DNA of 58,918 nt, counting the filler, from Sphacelaria rigidula (taxonomy: Eukaryota), in assembly GCA_964200075.2 (NCBI GenBank). It is 4 parts of 4 records of this genome, joined end to end, with 100 filler letters (N's around TTAATTAATTAA, not from the genome) between each part and the next. Parts side by side here need not be neighbours in the genome. Positions count along the whole stretch, not along the records: positions 29,512 to 44,166 come from CAXNAA020002122.1; positions 44,267 to 58,918 come from CAXNAA020002123.1; 2 more parts are not named here. One strand, written 5' to 3'. The translations under genes were made by a program, and so were the position numbers. Shown piece after piece: positions 36,229 to 46,890 of this stretch; position 1 is the first letter of the stretch; every line of letters begins with the position of its first letter. A model generated the notes under the pieces. It did not search any database, was not told the DNA's origin, and saw only the letters and a program-made list of their open reading frames with translations.

Positions 36229-39200
36229 ATGGTGAGTGCGTCGAAAGCGTAGTATAATAGGATGGAATTTCGGCAATACGTCTTGTACTGCCTCATGGTT
36301 GTGTTACCGTACCAAATGAATGTTGGATTATTCAAGTCTGTGCTGTTTTGGGCTGTGTCACGGGAGAGGCGCAATAAGCGCACGCTCAACATAACCACAC
36401 ACGAGCTTGGTGAACTGCTGTGTTGTTTCCATTGTTTGCTCAGGATACGAGGTAAGAGCATTTGAAAGGCTCAACACTCGATACAGATGTTTGCAGTGGA
36501 AAGCAAGAGTCGATGGCTGTTACTGTATTTGTTGCTTTCGGGGTATGCGCTACATTCATCGTGCGAAAGAGAGCACACCCCGAGGGAACAGATGACTTGA
36601 CGGGGCTTCAGTGATGTCCCCGCACACAACCGGTGCTCACCTTGTTGAAAGTACACATTGCTCCTATTCTGTTCGTGATGCACCATGATGCATGAAGAAG
36701 CAGGGTTCATACCTAGATCAAGTGTCCCTGCACACGTTTTTCCGAGCGTTGTCCCTTAGTACAAGTCGAGCATGGGTTGATGGTTGCTGCTTGCCGCGGG
36801 ATGCCGTGCCCGTCTCATCTTCGTATTGGGTTTGTATTACATTTGCTGGTAACCGTAGGCAGTATGTTCCTCCCCTGTGCCATCAAGTAAACCACGCTGT
36901 TTTGTGGCCGTGCTGTTGCACAGCCCGTGATGCGCAGGGCAAGACTGGTGGATTGATGGCCCACTTCGAGTGATGTACCTACTGTGTTACCCTGTGCTGT
37001 GTCTTGCGATCCCTATTTCGGCGATCTTGGTTACTGACCTCACGCATTGCCCTGTACTGTACTGTACTGCTTGCACGAGGGAGGACGCAGCTGGACACAC
37101 CTATAACGGATTGACCACCTTAAATCCCGTACCCGTACAGTACTTGGACTGCGACTCCCTGTATCATTACCTCGTATTGTCTGTCGTTCACCATCAGGCT
37201 CTGGGTCCAACAGACTATAAGGATGTGCTGCACTTCTGTGGATGTGACGTAGTATAAATGACATCTTGATCAGCAACTGGTCTTCTCTATGAAAATGGAC
37301 GCGTACGCTGCTTTACTCGGTTGTACGGCGTAAGGAAGTTGTTCCAAAAACCTTCTGAGCATGCGATCGATTGATGAACCAAACGAAACTAAGGTAAAAT
37401 GTCTCTTGATCGGTTGCATCGGGCACTCAAGCGCAGTCCGGTGTTCATGAAGTAGCATAATCATTTTGATGTCTCAACTACGCTGTGCACATAATCTGAA
37501 GGAGTCCGCCCTCTTTCCTCGACCCGCAAGTTTGCTTCCCCGCTCCGTTGTCCGCAGTCCTCACACCGAGTTGTTTCAATCGCGCCATCATCCAGGTGTC
37601 GCTCAAGCTTCAAAAGCGGCTCGCCGCCTCCGTACTCAAGTGCGGAAAGGGGAAGATCTGGCTCGACCCCAACGAGGTTAACGAAATCTCTCTCGCCAAC
37701 TCACGCCAAAACATCCGGAAGGTGGGGCGACTAAGTGCAACACCCCCGTCTAAGAGAGGCCCCGTGCTGCATTAATTACAACTGTCGATGTTCCGTCATG
37801 TGTATATGATACCCATATAATACACAGCACCGCTGCGTTTCCAGAATGGAGTTGCTTGCTCTATTCTGGAACTGTTGAGCCGTGAGCGTCACGTGTCGTT
37901 TTTGAATCGATCCTCACCCAATTTTGTTTGCCTGCTGCAGTTCCTCCTTACTCGAACTGACATCCGCGTCGTCTTCGAATCCATCGTATGTTCTCGCTGT
38001 GTGCGCAGTTGGTGAAGGATGGGCTGGTTATCCGGTTGCCGCAGGTGGTGCACTCCCGGGCACGAGTGAACTTACGCCACGAGGCCAAGAAGTGAGTGAT
38101 GGACCGTGTTGGCGTAGACCGTTATGTTCATCCCACCACCTCCCCTGCTGCCCGCATGAAGATTGAAACATGAGCCAAGAGGCACGTACGTGATGATGGA
38201 TTGCTGTGCTTGCTGCAGACTTGATACGTGCCACCGTGGTAACATGTGCTACAACGTTACAACGTTACAACGAGGGCTTTCACTCCAGCCGGAGTTCAAG
38301 TTGCCGTCACGGCTACTCTCTTTCTCTGTTTACATGTTTGAGGGGGTGGAGCAGCATTCCGCAACGTCGATTCCACGTCAATTCATGAAACGGGAGACGT
38401 CGATTTCTACTTGGGCCTTCCAGCTTTATCCCGCCCTCCCCACCCCCCACTCACATGCACCCCGTCCATACACTTTGTAGCCATAAGATTATAAGGTGAC
38501 CATGAAAAGTGGGTTGAATTTTATTGTGCACCTGTCGAGTGTCTCTATGCGTGCGGCCCGGTGTGACGGACGAGACCCCACGGTTGGTAACCCGTGACTG
38601 CAATGCCAAGCTTCGTAAGAGTTGGGTTTTGGTGCTTTGCAGCATGGTTGCCGTTTCTGGTGTCTTCGATTCGGGTCTGATCAATTGACACTCCTAACCT
38701 CTCCTGGGAAACCCTAAAACTATTCAAGTGGAGGTGGCGGTACGGAATGCCGCTACGGGGCCCGCTCATGGGGCCGCCGGCTTGAACTGCTCTTCAACTT
38801 TGACAAGGTGGTGCGCATAACGTTGTTGAGCCCTCCCCCGACACTCTCACGCGTGGAGAGGCCGGTTTGATATCTCGTTGTAGTCCGAAGACACCATGGC
38901 GCAAACGTTGAATCTCTCGCCGTGTTGACATCGGTCAAGAAACGAAATGTTCTTACATCGAGCCGATAAACCTCTTGTTCACTGAAGTGGACTGTCCGTC
39001 ATCGGTATCCTCCCACCGGTACAACGAGTAAATACCAAGGTAACCCTCGCTGGCAGTCTAAGGTTTGACTTCATCTGGGTTCTATCCATCCATGCGAGGG
39101 AGGGAATTGTAACTTGACCTGGACGCTGCGCGTTCCAAATGCGGGACATTATTGAACGACACTCATCTACAGTTATGGGCGGTCTAACGATGATATCTGT

Positions 39201-41871
39201 TTTGGCGCATTTGGTGGGTTTTCGTATTTGGCGATTTCCTTGGGATCTTTTCGCTTGCCATCGCTTATCGCATCGGAGGTCTGGAGATAGTTGTATCTTC
39301 TCCACATCCAAGGAGAAAAAATCATGAGTACTCGAGATCAAGTGACATGGGGGCTGACCGGTCATCGGATGTCCTTCCACGTTTCAGCCCAGATTCTCAT
39401 TATTCTGTATTTCCGGTCGATCGATCCCGTCCCGATTATACTTGTATGGAAATGTACAGTTTTATTTCCTTGAAACGTAGCCTGCTCACTCAATTAAGGC
39501 AGAAAAACTGTTCCACGGTCAACAACACCCTCCCGATGAACGGGGTACTAACTCATTTCGCCCGATAGCACCAACAGACACTAACTTGGGCTCTGTGTTT
39601 CGAGGATGATCTGTTTTGTTGCACCAAAATCTACCGACGCTCGCAATTTCGACTTGTATAGAAGAGGAGTACGCGAGGAAATCCCAAGACACCCCTAGAC
39701 AGTTGGACCGCCCACTACTGCAGCTTGTAAAATCCCCCGATACTTGACGCTCACTGAAAATTTCTGGAAACGGGAACTATCCAAACTTGTGTGTGCGAAG
39801 ACTTTCGTCACACATGCTCATGGATGATTCGTGCCTCGGACATCAGCAGTCAGGCGGCGGGAGCTGCGGTCTCGTGTTGCCGGGCTAGGGCTTGCTGAAG
39901 TTGCGTTTAGCTGATTGTCAACAACCCTCTTCTTTTCACCCATATTTCGTCGCCGATTGTTCGTCCTTTGATTATGTACGAACAGAAAGGGACGACACAC
40001 CGGTCCGGGTAAGCGTAGGGGTACCGCGAACGCTCGCCTGCCGTTCAAGCTGATCTGGCAGCGCCGCATGCGTATCCTGCGCCGTATGCTTCGCAAGTAC
40101 CGCGAAGCGAAGAAGATCGACAAGCACCTCTACCACGAGCTGTAAGTGTCCCTTTGTTCGCAACCTTGCTTTTTCTGCACGTCTGTAATTTTGTTGTACA
40201 TTGTACCTTGTTGGGTTATTTTTGACAATGTTGTGGGAGTCCCGGGAGGTATTCGCCTATTGCTTCCGGCGGCGCTCAAGGGGAGTACGGGTGCGTGCAA
40301 AGGACATGCCAAGATGCAGACTGCCGGCGCTACGCCACAATTTTTGAGTTCTTAACGTCGCCTTGACTACATGGTCTAATTCTCATCTTGAAGCGCACGT
40401 TCTTTGGTGTCGGAGGCGCATGAGCATATAATTCGGAGATATCCCCGACATTCTCTCCAAGTACTCTGAGACTACTCAACAGGCCCGTGCGTCTCCGGGC
40501 CGGCTTGTGTCCACGAAGCACATTCTCTCCAAGTACTCTGAGACTACTCAACAGTCCCGTGCGTCTCCGGGCCGGCTGGTGTCTACGAAGCTGTCCGTAT
40601 TTTCCTACCCCTTAATCAATCCATGCGCCACGTTTTCATTCACTTTTTGTAATTGGTGCTCGTCTCAGTTACCTGGGATGCAAGGGTAACCAGTACAAGA
40701 ACAAGCGCGTGCTGATGGAGGCCATCCACAAGAAGAAGGGGGAGACGGCGCGCATCAAGGCGCTCAAGGAGCAGGTACGCCGAGTCGATTTTTCAATGGG
40801 TGTGTTGAGTACGGACCTCCTACATGACAATTTTGTACAAAGTATCCTCGGAAGTACGCAACACAAAAGTCGGCATAGTGAATGCCTGGGTACCTATCCC
40901 ACCGAATACAACTGTGTTTTTTATTGAGGGGGAAACACTCTCGGGACGTGAGAGGGACCACTCAATGAACATCCAGATATTTACAGGACAGCATGTATAC
41001 ACGCGGTTCGCAGATCCCAAGCTGTATGGTGTTGGTCGGCGCGTGTGTCTGTCGTGATTGTTTCCTCGCTAAAGCTCTGTAGACTCCGCCGTATGAAGTA
41101 CGTCGAGACAATGACAATGTTCACAGACACTTCATGTATACACGCGGTTCGCATACCCCAAGCTGTATGGTGTTGGTCGGCGCGTGTATCTGTCGTGATC
41201 GTTTCCTCGCTGAAACTCTGTAGACTCCGGCACCGTTTAAAGTACGTCAAGACTCTGACAACGTAAACAGGCGCTTCACGCGTGTTCAATCGGTTCTTGC
41301 ACTTGGACTGATTCCCCAACGATCCAGCCGTAGTCTCAGGATGGACGTACCCGAGAAAACAACAAATCTGAAACACGCTGTGAACAAAGTGAGGGAGGTG
41401 GAACAAAGTAGACCAAGGAAAAGGGGGAAATGGTTAGCCGCTGCTACGTGGCTGTGGTGGAAAGGTCTTGCTCAGGAATAACTGTTACACCGAATCGCAG
41501 AAAACAAGAGGCTGTGGGATAAGATTTCGTCTCGTTCACCTCGACCTGGCAACTATTCAACATGTCGAGCATGGATACCATCTGCGCGCCGGAGCGAAAT
41601 CCGCCTGTATATTTTGTCAATGTTAGAGAAATCAATTGTCACATGACTGGAAAATGACCGGCCGACTCGAGCAATGAAACAAGACATTTCGTACCCCCGG
41701 AGGATTCGAGTGTCCGCTCGTCAATCTGCTCTCGAAAGTAATCAGCGATCTCTCTTGCGGTGTGACATGGAGCAGGCGGAGGCTCGCAAGGCGAAGTCCA
41801 AGAGCAAGCAGGAGCGCAAGGAAGAGCGCAAGAAGCAGGCCGCCATCGCCCGCGAGCAGGAGTCTTCCTAA
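36229..41871 (+). CDS. RPL19: 60S ribosomal protein L19 (eL19), 6 coding exons, 189 aa
   Basis: Exons 36229-36231 (ATG|gtgagt), 37596-37721, 38009-38091, 39986-40141, 40669-40774, 41776-41871, all GT-AG, totalling 570 nt. Protein [48 protein letters not shown]...[17 protein letters not shown]...[33 protein letters not shown]...[11 protein letters not shown]. Confidence 0.97.
39170..39720. mobile_element. Old Tc1/mariner-type MITE in RPL19 intron 3
   Basis: TA|CAGTTATGGGCGGTCTAAC ... GTTGGACCGCCCACTACTG|CA: imperfect CAGT-type TIR with a degenerate TA TSD, plus further internal inverted matches. Confidence 0.6.
40449..40591 (+). repeat. 72-bp tandem duplication in RPL19 intron 4
   Basis: CATTCTCTCCAAGTACTCTGAGACTACTCAACAG.CCCGTGCGTCTCCGGGCCGGCT.GTGTC.ACGAAGC occurs twice. 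Confidence 0.92.
40992..41262 (+). repeat. ~141-bp tandem duplication in RPL19 intron 5
   Basis: CATGTATACACGCGGTTCGCA...CTCTGTAGACTCCG starts at 40992 and again at 41133. Confidence 0.92.
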
Positions 41872-44166
41872 ATGTTACCCCGCCACACGTTGTCGATGTA
41901 GCAGTTCAAGTCCTTTGGAGCGTTCTTGTGCGCACGCGAGGAGCGCGCTCTCTTTCGTTCCTCTTTTCTCGTATTCATGCATGTGCGTCAGACTTGTTCC
42001 ACGACTGTCCAGCTTTGGCTTCTTGTGCGAAGCAGCTGACGTGGTGGAGGAGGGATTACGGGTTGTTAACTTGGAAGAGCCCCCCCCGCCCATCATGTGT
42101 GTCTCCGGGGAAGGGGACACAGTAAACGTTGGAGGAAGTGCACCTAGTGATCGCCAGGAGGGTGGGTCGTCGAACCTCTTCTTCCCACGTCTTCTGGTTT
42201 GGTGCGAGCGTTCTTGGTTGGATTCGACGGGCTGCAACAACACAAGCAATGAAGGTCCCACCCTAATTATATGAACACACGAGAAAAAGTAAAAAGAACA
42301 ACTACACATGAACTGTCGCATTGATTTGTTTTCCCTTGGAAGGAGTAATCCATACTCATCATTTGCCCCGCAACGGGTTCGTGTTACGATTGTCCGGAGG
42401 CTCGGCTAGACCACCGTGTTGCAGTTTTACGGGGTAGGCGCCTTCAGCTCTCGTCTGGGTAATTGATGGCCCAAAACGAGCGCATGAGCAGGGCGAGTTT
42501 GAAGTCTTGGATTGATGGCTTCGCGGCGAAGCGTGGCCGTCAACGCCAACTTCCTGATTTGAAGTCCATTCCCCTCGACACTCATTCTGGTACTGTTTCT
42601 TCGGCCACGTCTGCAAGGAACCTGGTTTGGCGACCCTCCTGTATAAAAGCATACAAAAATTCTGCAAGGATAAAAGGCGAACTTTGCAGCTATTTATTGT
42701 CGCTGATTTCTCGCGCACCATCGTTCATCGCGGTAACCGTTTGATCCAATCCGCAATCGGGAGATCCTGGATATCTGCTTCATACTGCGAGATTAACATT
42801 TATTTCTGCACCTGATATTGAATGACCTACGAGGTGACCGACTTCCGGGGGTTTTGCAAGTAGGTTCACTTTCTTGTGTTTCGCTTCACTGTACCAATCC
42901 CGATCGTTCCCGCGAATAACTCACAGCGTTTCCGTGGGATTGTGATGACGGGATACCATTAGAGGTGACAAGCGGACAGTTACAGAATGAACGGCCTTGG
43001 TTCCGAAATGCCCCTGCGTAGGGCCCGTTATGCCTTCTGCAGTATCTTGCTGCTGGAATCCTTGGGATCCGTGAGCATGACATCGATGTTGAGCTGTGAG
43101 CCCGTGCCAGTTTATTAGCGATCAGAAGCACACAAAAGAAATTGGTCAAGTTCAACCCTTGGACCGCGAGATGGGTCTTTTTCTGAATCATGCATACTTT
43201 TTTCAATTGAACTTGATGCCAATCCAACAGAGAGCTAAGCTCGCGGTAAAGGGTCGAGCAAATGATGAAACAGGGTGAGTCAACCGTCTACTCATGATCT
43301 CTCGCTAATATGGACCACAGATCAAATTTTTCCAAGTTGACTCGACTCATTACTCTCGAGCCAAGATACTACAGTTTTGGATCAAATACGGTCGAAAATA
43401 CCCTACATATAAGGTCTTGCTCCGTACCGACAAGACCAACTTGAGGGTTGTGCTCTGAGCACAACCCGATTGTTTTCTCGACAGCGATTTTTTGTATTTC
43501 GCGTACTAGGGCCAAACACAAATGAAAACGAAATTTCGTCGCTTCTGCTTGCAGACATCTGTACTGCAGGTGACCAGTTGATAACATTACCACTGTCCGG
43601 TAGCACGTCCATTACGGGATGTTTGAACATATCACCAGTGGTGAGGGACAGAAGAGACGTGATGACAACTACACAAGGTGCGGTAGAAAGAACGACAACT
43701 ACCATTGTGGTGATGTATTTGCTGCCAGTACACATAGCGAAAACGACACTGATTGATGCGGGGGTCGGTCGGACATGAGTCCCAAGCGAATCTCTCAGGA
43801 ACGTGGTGGACTCGGTTCTTCGTCCTCTAAAGTGCAGGGTCCCTGTGGCTCTAACCTTGGCTCGGCTAGGGCCTTCGAAGGCACCGTGAACCCTTGGACG
43901 GCGAGAGTAGTCATCAGTCAAATCAGTCTAATGATCCACGTGGAACACCATCATCATCGCGGTCTAGGGCTTCGGGAGTAAAATTCCACACCCCTGGAAA
44001 ATAGAGTACATTGAAAAAAAATGTACAGCTCATAGATAGTATGAAATATTTGTCCATTGCTACAGACACAATGGTCTATTATACTGTACGTCGTACAAGC
44101 TGGGCCAGCCTAGAAACGGATTTAAGCTCTAAAAGCAATATCTCATCGACACAGACGAGTTGGGCC

Positions 44167-44266
44167 NNNNNNNNNNNNNNNNNNNNNNNNNNNNNNNNNN
44201 NNNNNNNNNNTTAATTAATTAANNNNNNNNNNNNNNNNNNNNNNNNNNNNNNNNNNNNNNNNNNNN
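44167..44266. other. Assembly gap with spacer
   Basis: 44 N + TTAATTAATTAA + 44 N. Confidence 0.98.
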
Positions 44267-44429
44267 AGAGCCAGCACGAAGTGGCGGTAAAGCACACTTG
44301 CTTGTCGAAAAGACTGATGTTGGAAATTGGCGCTTATGTGGCCGAGAATCTCAGTGAAGAGAGTGAAGAAGAAAAAGAGAGTGAGAGGGTGTGGGGGCTT
44401 TACCGCTACTTCGTGCTGGCTCTGTGCAT

Positions 44430-45335
44430 CTCCTTGAGATATCACGCCACATCAAGAACTACCTCGTTCTTTCAGGTTATGAGCCTCGATCGTGATCAGC
44501 ACACCGCATCGACGTGCTTCTAGGTCCGTCACTTCAAGCCGCATCCTCCGAGGGAGCACCTCCGAGGACCACCGCAATTCTCCGGAGATTTTCGTCTAGA
44601 TTCCGAAAGGCTGCAATTGGTCAGCACGGAGATGACGGTTGAAGCCGGCTTGTTCCAAATCAGCTGTCTGACGCCCTTGTTGATTTGGCAGACCTCGCAC
44701 GAGGTCAGCGAGCCGGTAAACTGAACACCCGTCTCGGCGATGTCCCGCGCCGCCGGCATAGTGCGCTCGTTGGGATGCCCAAGGCGCTGGTGCCACGTGT
44801 TTGCCCCCGCCGCCGGCATGGCGGGAGCCGGTTGAACTGGCAAGGGGGTAGTTGAAGTGGCCGGCAACCCCGGCGTGGCCGTCAGAGCCGGCGGTGTTGC
44901 TGTGGAAGCTGTAGGTGCCGCTGTGGCCCCGCTACGAATTGAACGTGAGGCCGTTGCTCTTCCGACCGGAAGAGTATGTCCAGAGACTACTTTAGTTGGA
45001 AAGGCTGCCTCCGCACGGGTCTTGATGGTAGGAGCTAGCTTGAGATCGACATAATCGATAGTGGGGCAGTCGATATCCTTTCGAAGTGGAATCTTGAACA
45101 GTCCGACGTCCAAGTACGACTGCTTGGGGACAACCGTGTTAACCCCCTTGAGTGCTGCGTACCTCCCGAAAACAGGTGATACCCTAGCCCCGGCACGTTT
45201 ATGGCCGGCAGGTAGATGTCGTGGGCCGTGCCGCGGTCGTCAATGGCGCTCACGGTGAGAGTGCCCATGCCGACTCCAGCGAGTGTGTTGTTGCCGGCGA
45301 CGAAGGAAGCTCCGCTAACAATCTTAAAACAGTTG
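44430..45335 (-). mobile_element. Internally deleted Ty1/copia LTR-retrotransposon pol relic
   Basis: Protease C-terminal region VAGNNTLAGVGMGTL...NVPGLGYHLFS, then a frameshift, then the GAG-pre-integrase zinc motif WHQRLGHPN...SCEVCQINK. A KHVD (RNase H end-like) remnant lies at ~44510. The integrase core and RT are missing. Confidence 0.85.
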
Positions 45336-45523
45336 CAACCCTCTGAGAATGCGGAAGTTGTACTGCTATTTACCTGATATGAGCGACTCTCGAAATAAGA
45401 GACCAATGACAAATCTGTTGTTCTAACAGTCGAGACGGAGCACTTTTCTTAATCCTAACAGAGACACCCCCGACATCTGGACGCCCATAACGTTTCTTCC
45501 ATACAACACACAAAGCGTTTTAC

Positions 45524-45831
45524 ATATAACAACGTTTTCGTGAGATTGAGAGTGGAGGATACAATTGAGAGTGGAAAGCGCTCGATTAGTGAATGAATCA
45601 TTCCAGTTCCGAAATGCCCCTCCACGAGGCCCGATATGCTTTCTGTAGTAGCTTGCCACTGAGGGCCTTGATATCCCTGAGTAGGATATCGACGTGTAGC
45701 TGTAAGCACATGCCAGTGGTGGAGGCAAAGAAAAGCACACACAGAATGAAAAATTGCCCAAATTACAGCGAATGATCAAAGCCACTCTCATTCAGCGCTC
45801 TACTCTTAATCTCATGAAAATGTTGTTATAT
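45524..45831. mobile_element. MITE, copy 1
   Basis: TIR ATATAACAACGTTTTCGTGAGATTGAGAGTGGAG / CTCTACTCTTAATCTCATGAAAATGTTGTTATAT; a colinear second copy lies at 46589-46890. Confidence 0.85.
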
Positions 45832-46196
45832 CTTGGGGAGGAGGGGGAGGATTTACAGCTTTATCTCCCTCCAGCTGGTCTTCTAGTGTATTGTCCACGT
45901 GTAAGCCTTTGACCGTCTAAGGTGTTCACTTGTGGGATCGGTATCATTTTCATTTACCAAAAAAGGGTTCTGAGAGTGATGCCGATTCAACCATGTACAC
46001 ATCTGGCAATCTTAGGGTTAAGGACATGGATGTTAAATCAATTGGAACAGGCTAGTACATGACGGCGAAATTCGCCATTCCCGAGCCTGAAAAAAAGAGT
46101 AATTTTGCATTGAACGACTGGGCCGCCGAATATTTCTAGACCTAAGGCTAGAACCAAGTAATTTTCAGACGAATCATTATTTGTCCGACCCTTGCT

Positions 46197-46372
46197 GATT
46201 TCCACCGTCGAGAGCGATAGTACGTGAGTGAACAAAGAGAAGTTGACAGAGTTTTTTCTACGTGAGTTGACGCGGTGCGGGGGTGCTAACCCAATCCACG
46301 AGACCAAAATACAAGGCGTGTACCGGGCAGAGATGAAGTGATGCCTTGAGACCACGGAGGGGTTCGAAGTGC
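46197..46372 (+). mobile_element. Headless copy of the SINE at 53124-53400
   Basis: Shared TGATTTCCACCG...CGTGAGTTGACGCGGTGCGG...ACCCAATCC.CGAGA...CCTTGAGACCACGGA. Confidence 0.7.
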
Positions 46373-46588
46373 GACAAATAAAAATATGAATAATAACAAC
46401 GTATCTACACAAACAACCGCTTTACAGCAGGCCTGACCGCCGATAGTACCCGGATTTCGTGTGCTGTTGTAAAGAGAAGTAATATGCGAGTTGTGCCCTG
46501 CGAAGTAACGGGGCTCATCGACTGCATGTCTTGTCCATGTAGCCATCAAGAAAGCGTTCAGACCCCCCTGCTACATTAAACCCACGTT

Positions 46589-46890
46589 CAACATTTTTTT
46601 GGTGAGATTGAGAGTAGTAAAGGATACGATTGAGAGTGGAAAGCGCTCAGTTAGTGAATGAATCGTTTCAGTTCCGAGATGCCGCCCCACGAGGCCCGAT
46701 ATGCTTTCTGTACTAGCCTGCCAATGAGGCCCTCGATATCCCTGAGTAGGATATCAACGTGTAGCTGTAAGCACACGCCTGTGATGGAGGCGAAGAAAAG
46801 CACACACAGAATGAAAAGATGCCGAAGTTAAAGCGAATGGTCAAAGCCACTTTCGTTCAGCGCTCTAGTCTTAATCTCACGAAAACGTTG
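46589..46890. mobile_element. MITE, copy 2
   Basis: Direct-orientation diverged copy of 45524-45831 with the same TIRs. Confidence 0.85.

Noticed and set aside
37548..37775. RPL19 as a start-less pseudogene or GTG-initiated gene
   Set aside because: A canonical ATG|gtgagt micro-exon at 36229-36231 completes an intact 189-aa ORF.
38183..38230. GTGATGA...TTGA flanked by CACGTA/TACGTG as a C/D snoRNA
   Set aside because: Too short (~45 nt) and lacks a canonical CTGA D box.
39170..39720. Long-range 12-16-bp helices suggesting a large ncRNA (RNase MRP/P-like)
   Set aside because: The pairing is explained by CAGT-type TIRs with a TA flank (a MITE), and there is no proper P4 CR-I/CR-V pair.
42400..43990. 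Coding-like blocks with some splice-like sites (also 48600-49400)
   Set aside because: I could not build a consistent frame or recognise a motif.
44267..44424. 27-bp inverted repeat AGAGCCAGCACGAAGT.GCGGTAAAGC
   Set aside because: It abuts a gap, so it cannot be distinguished from a contig-end artefact or a truncated TE.
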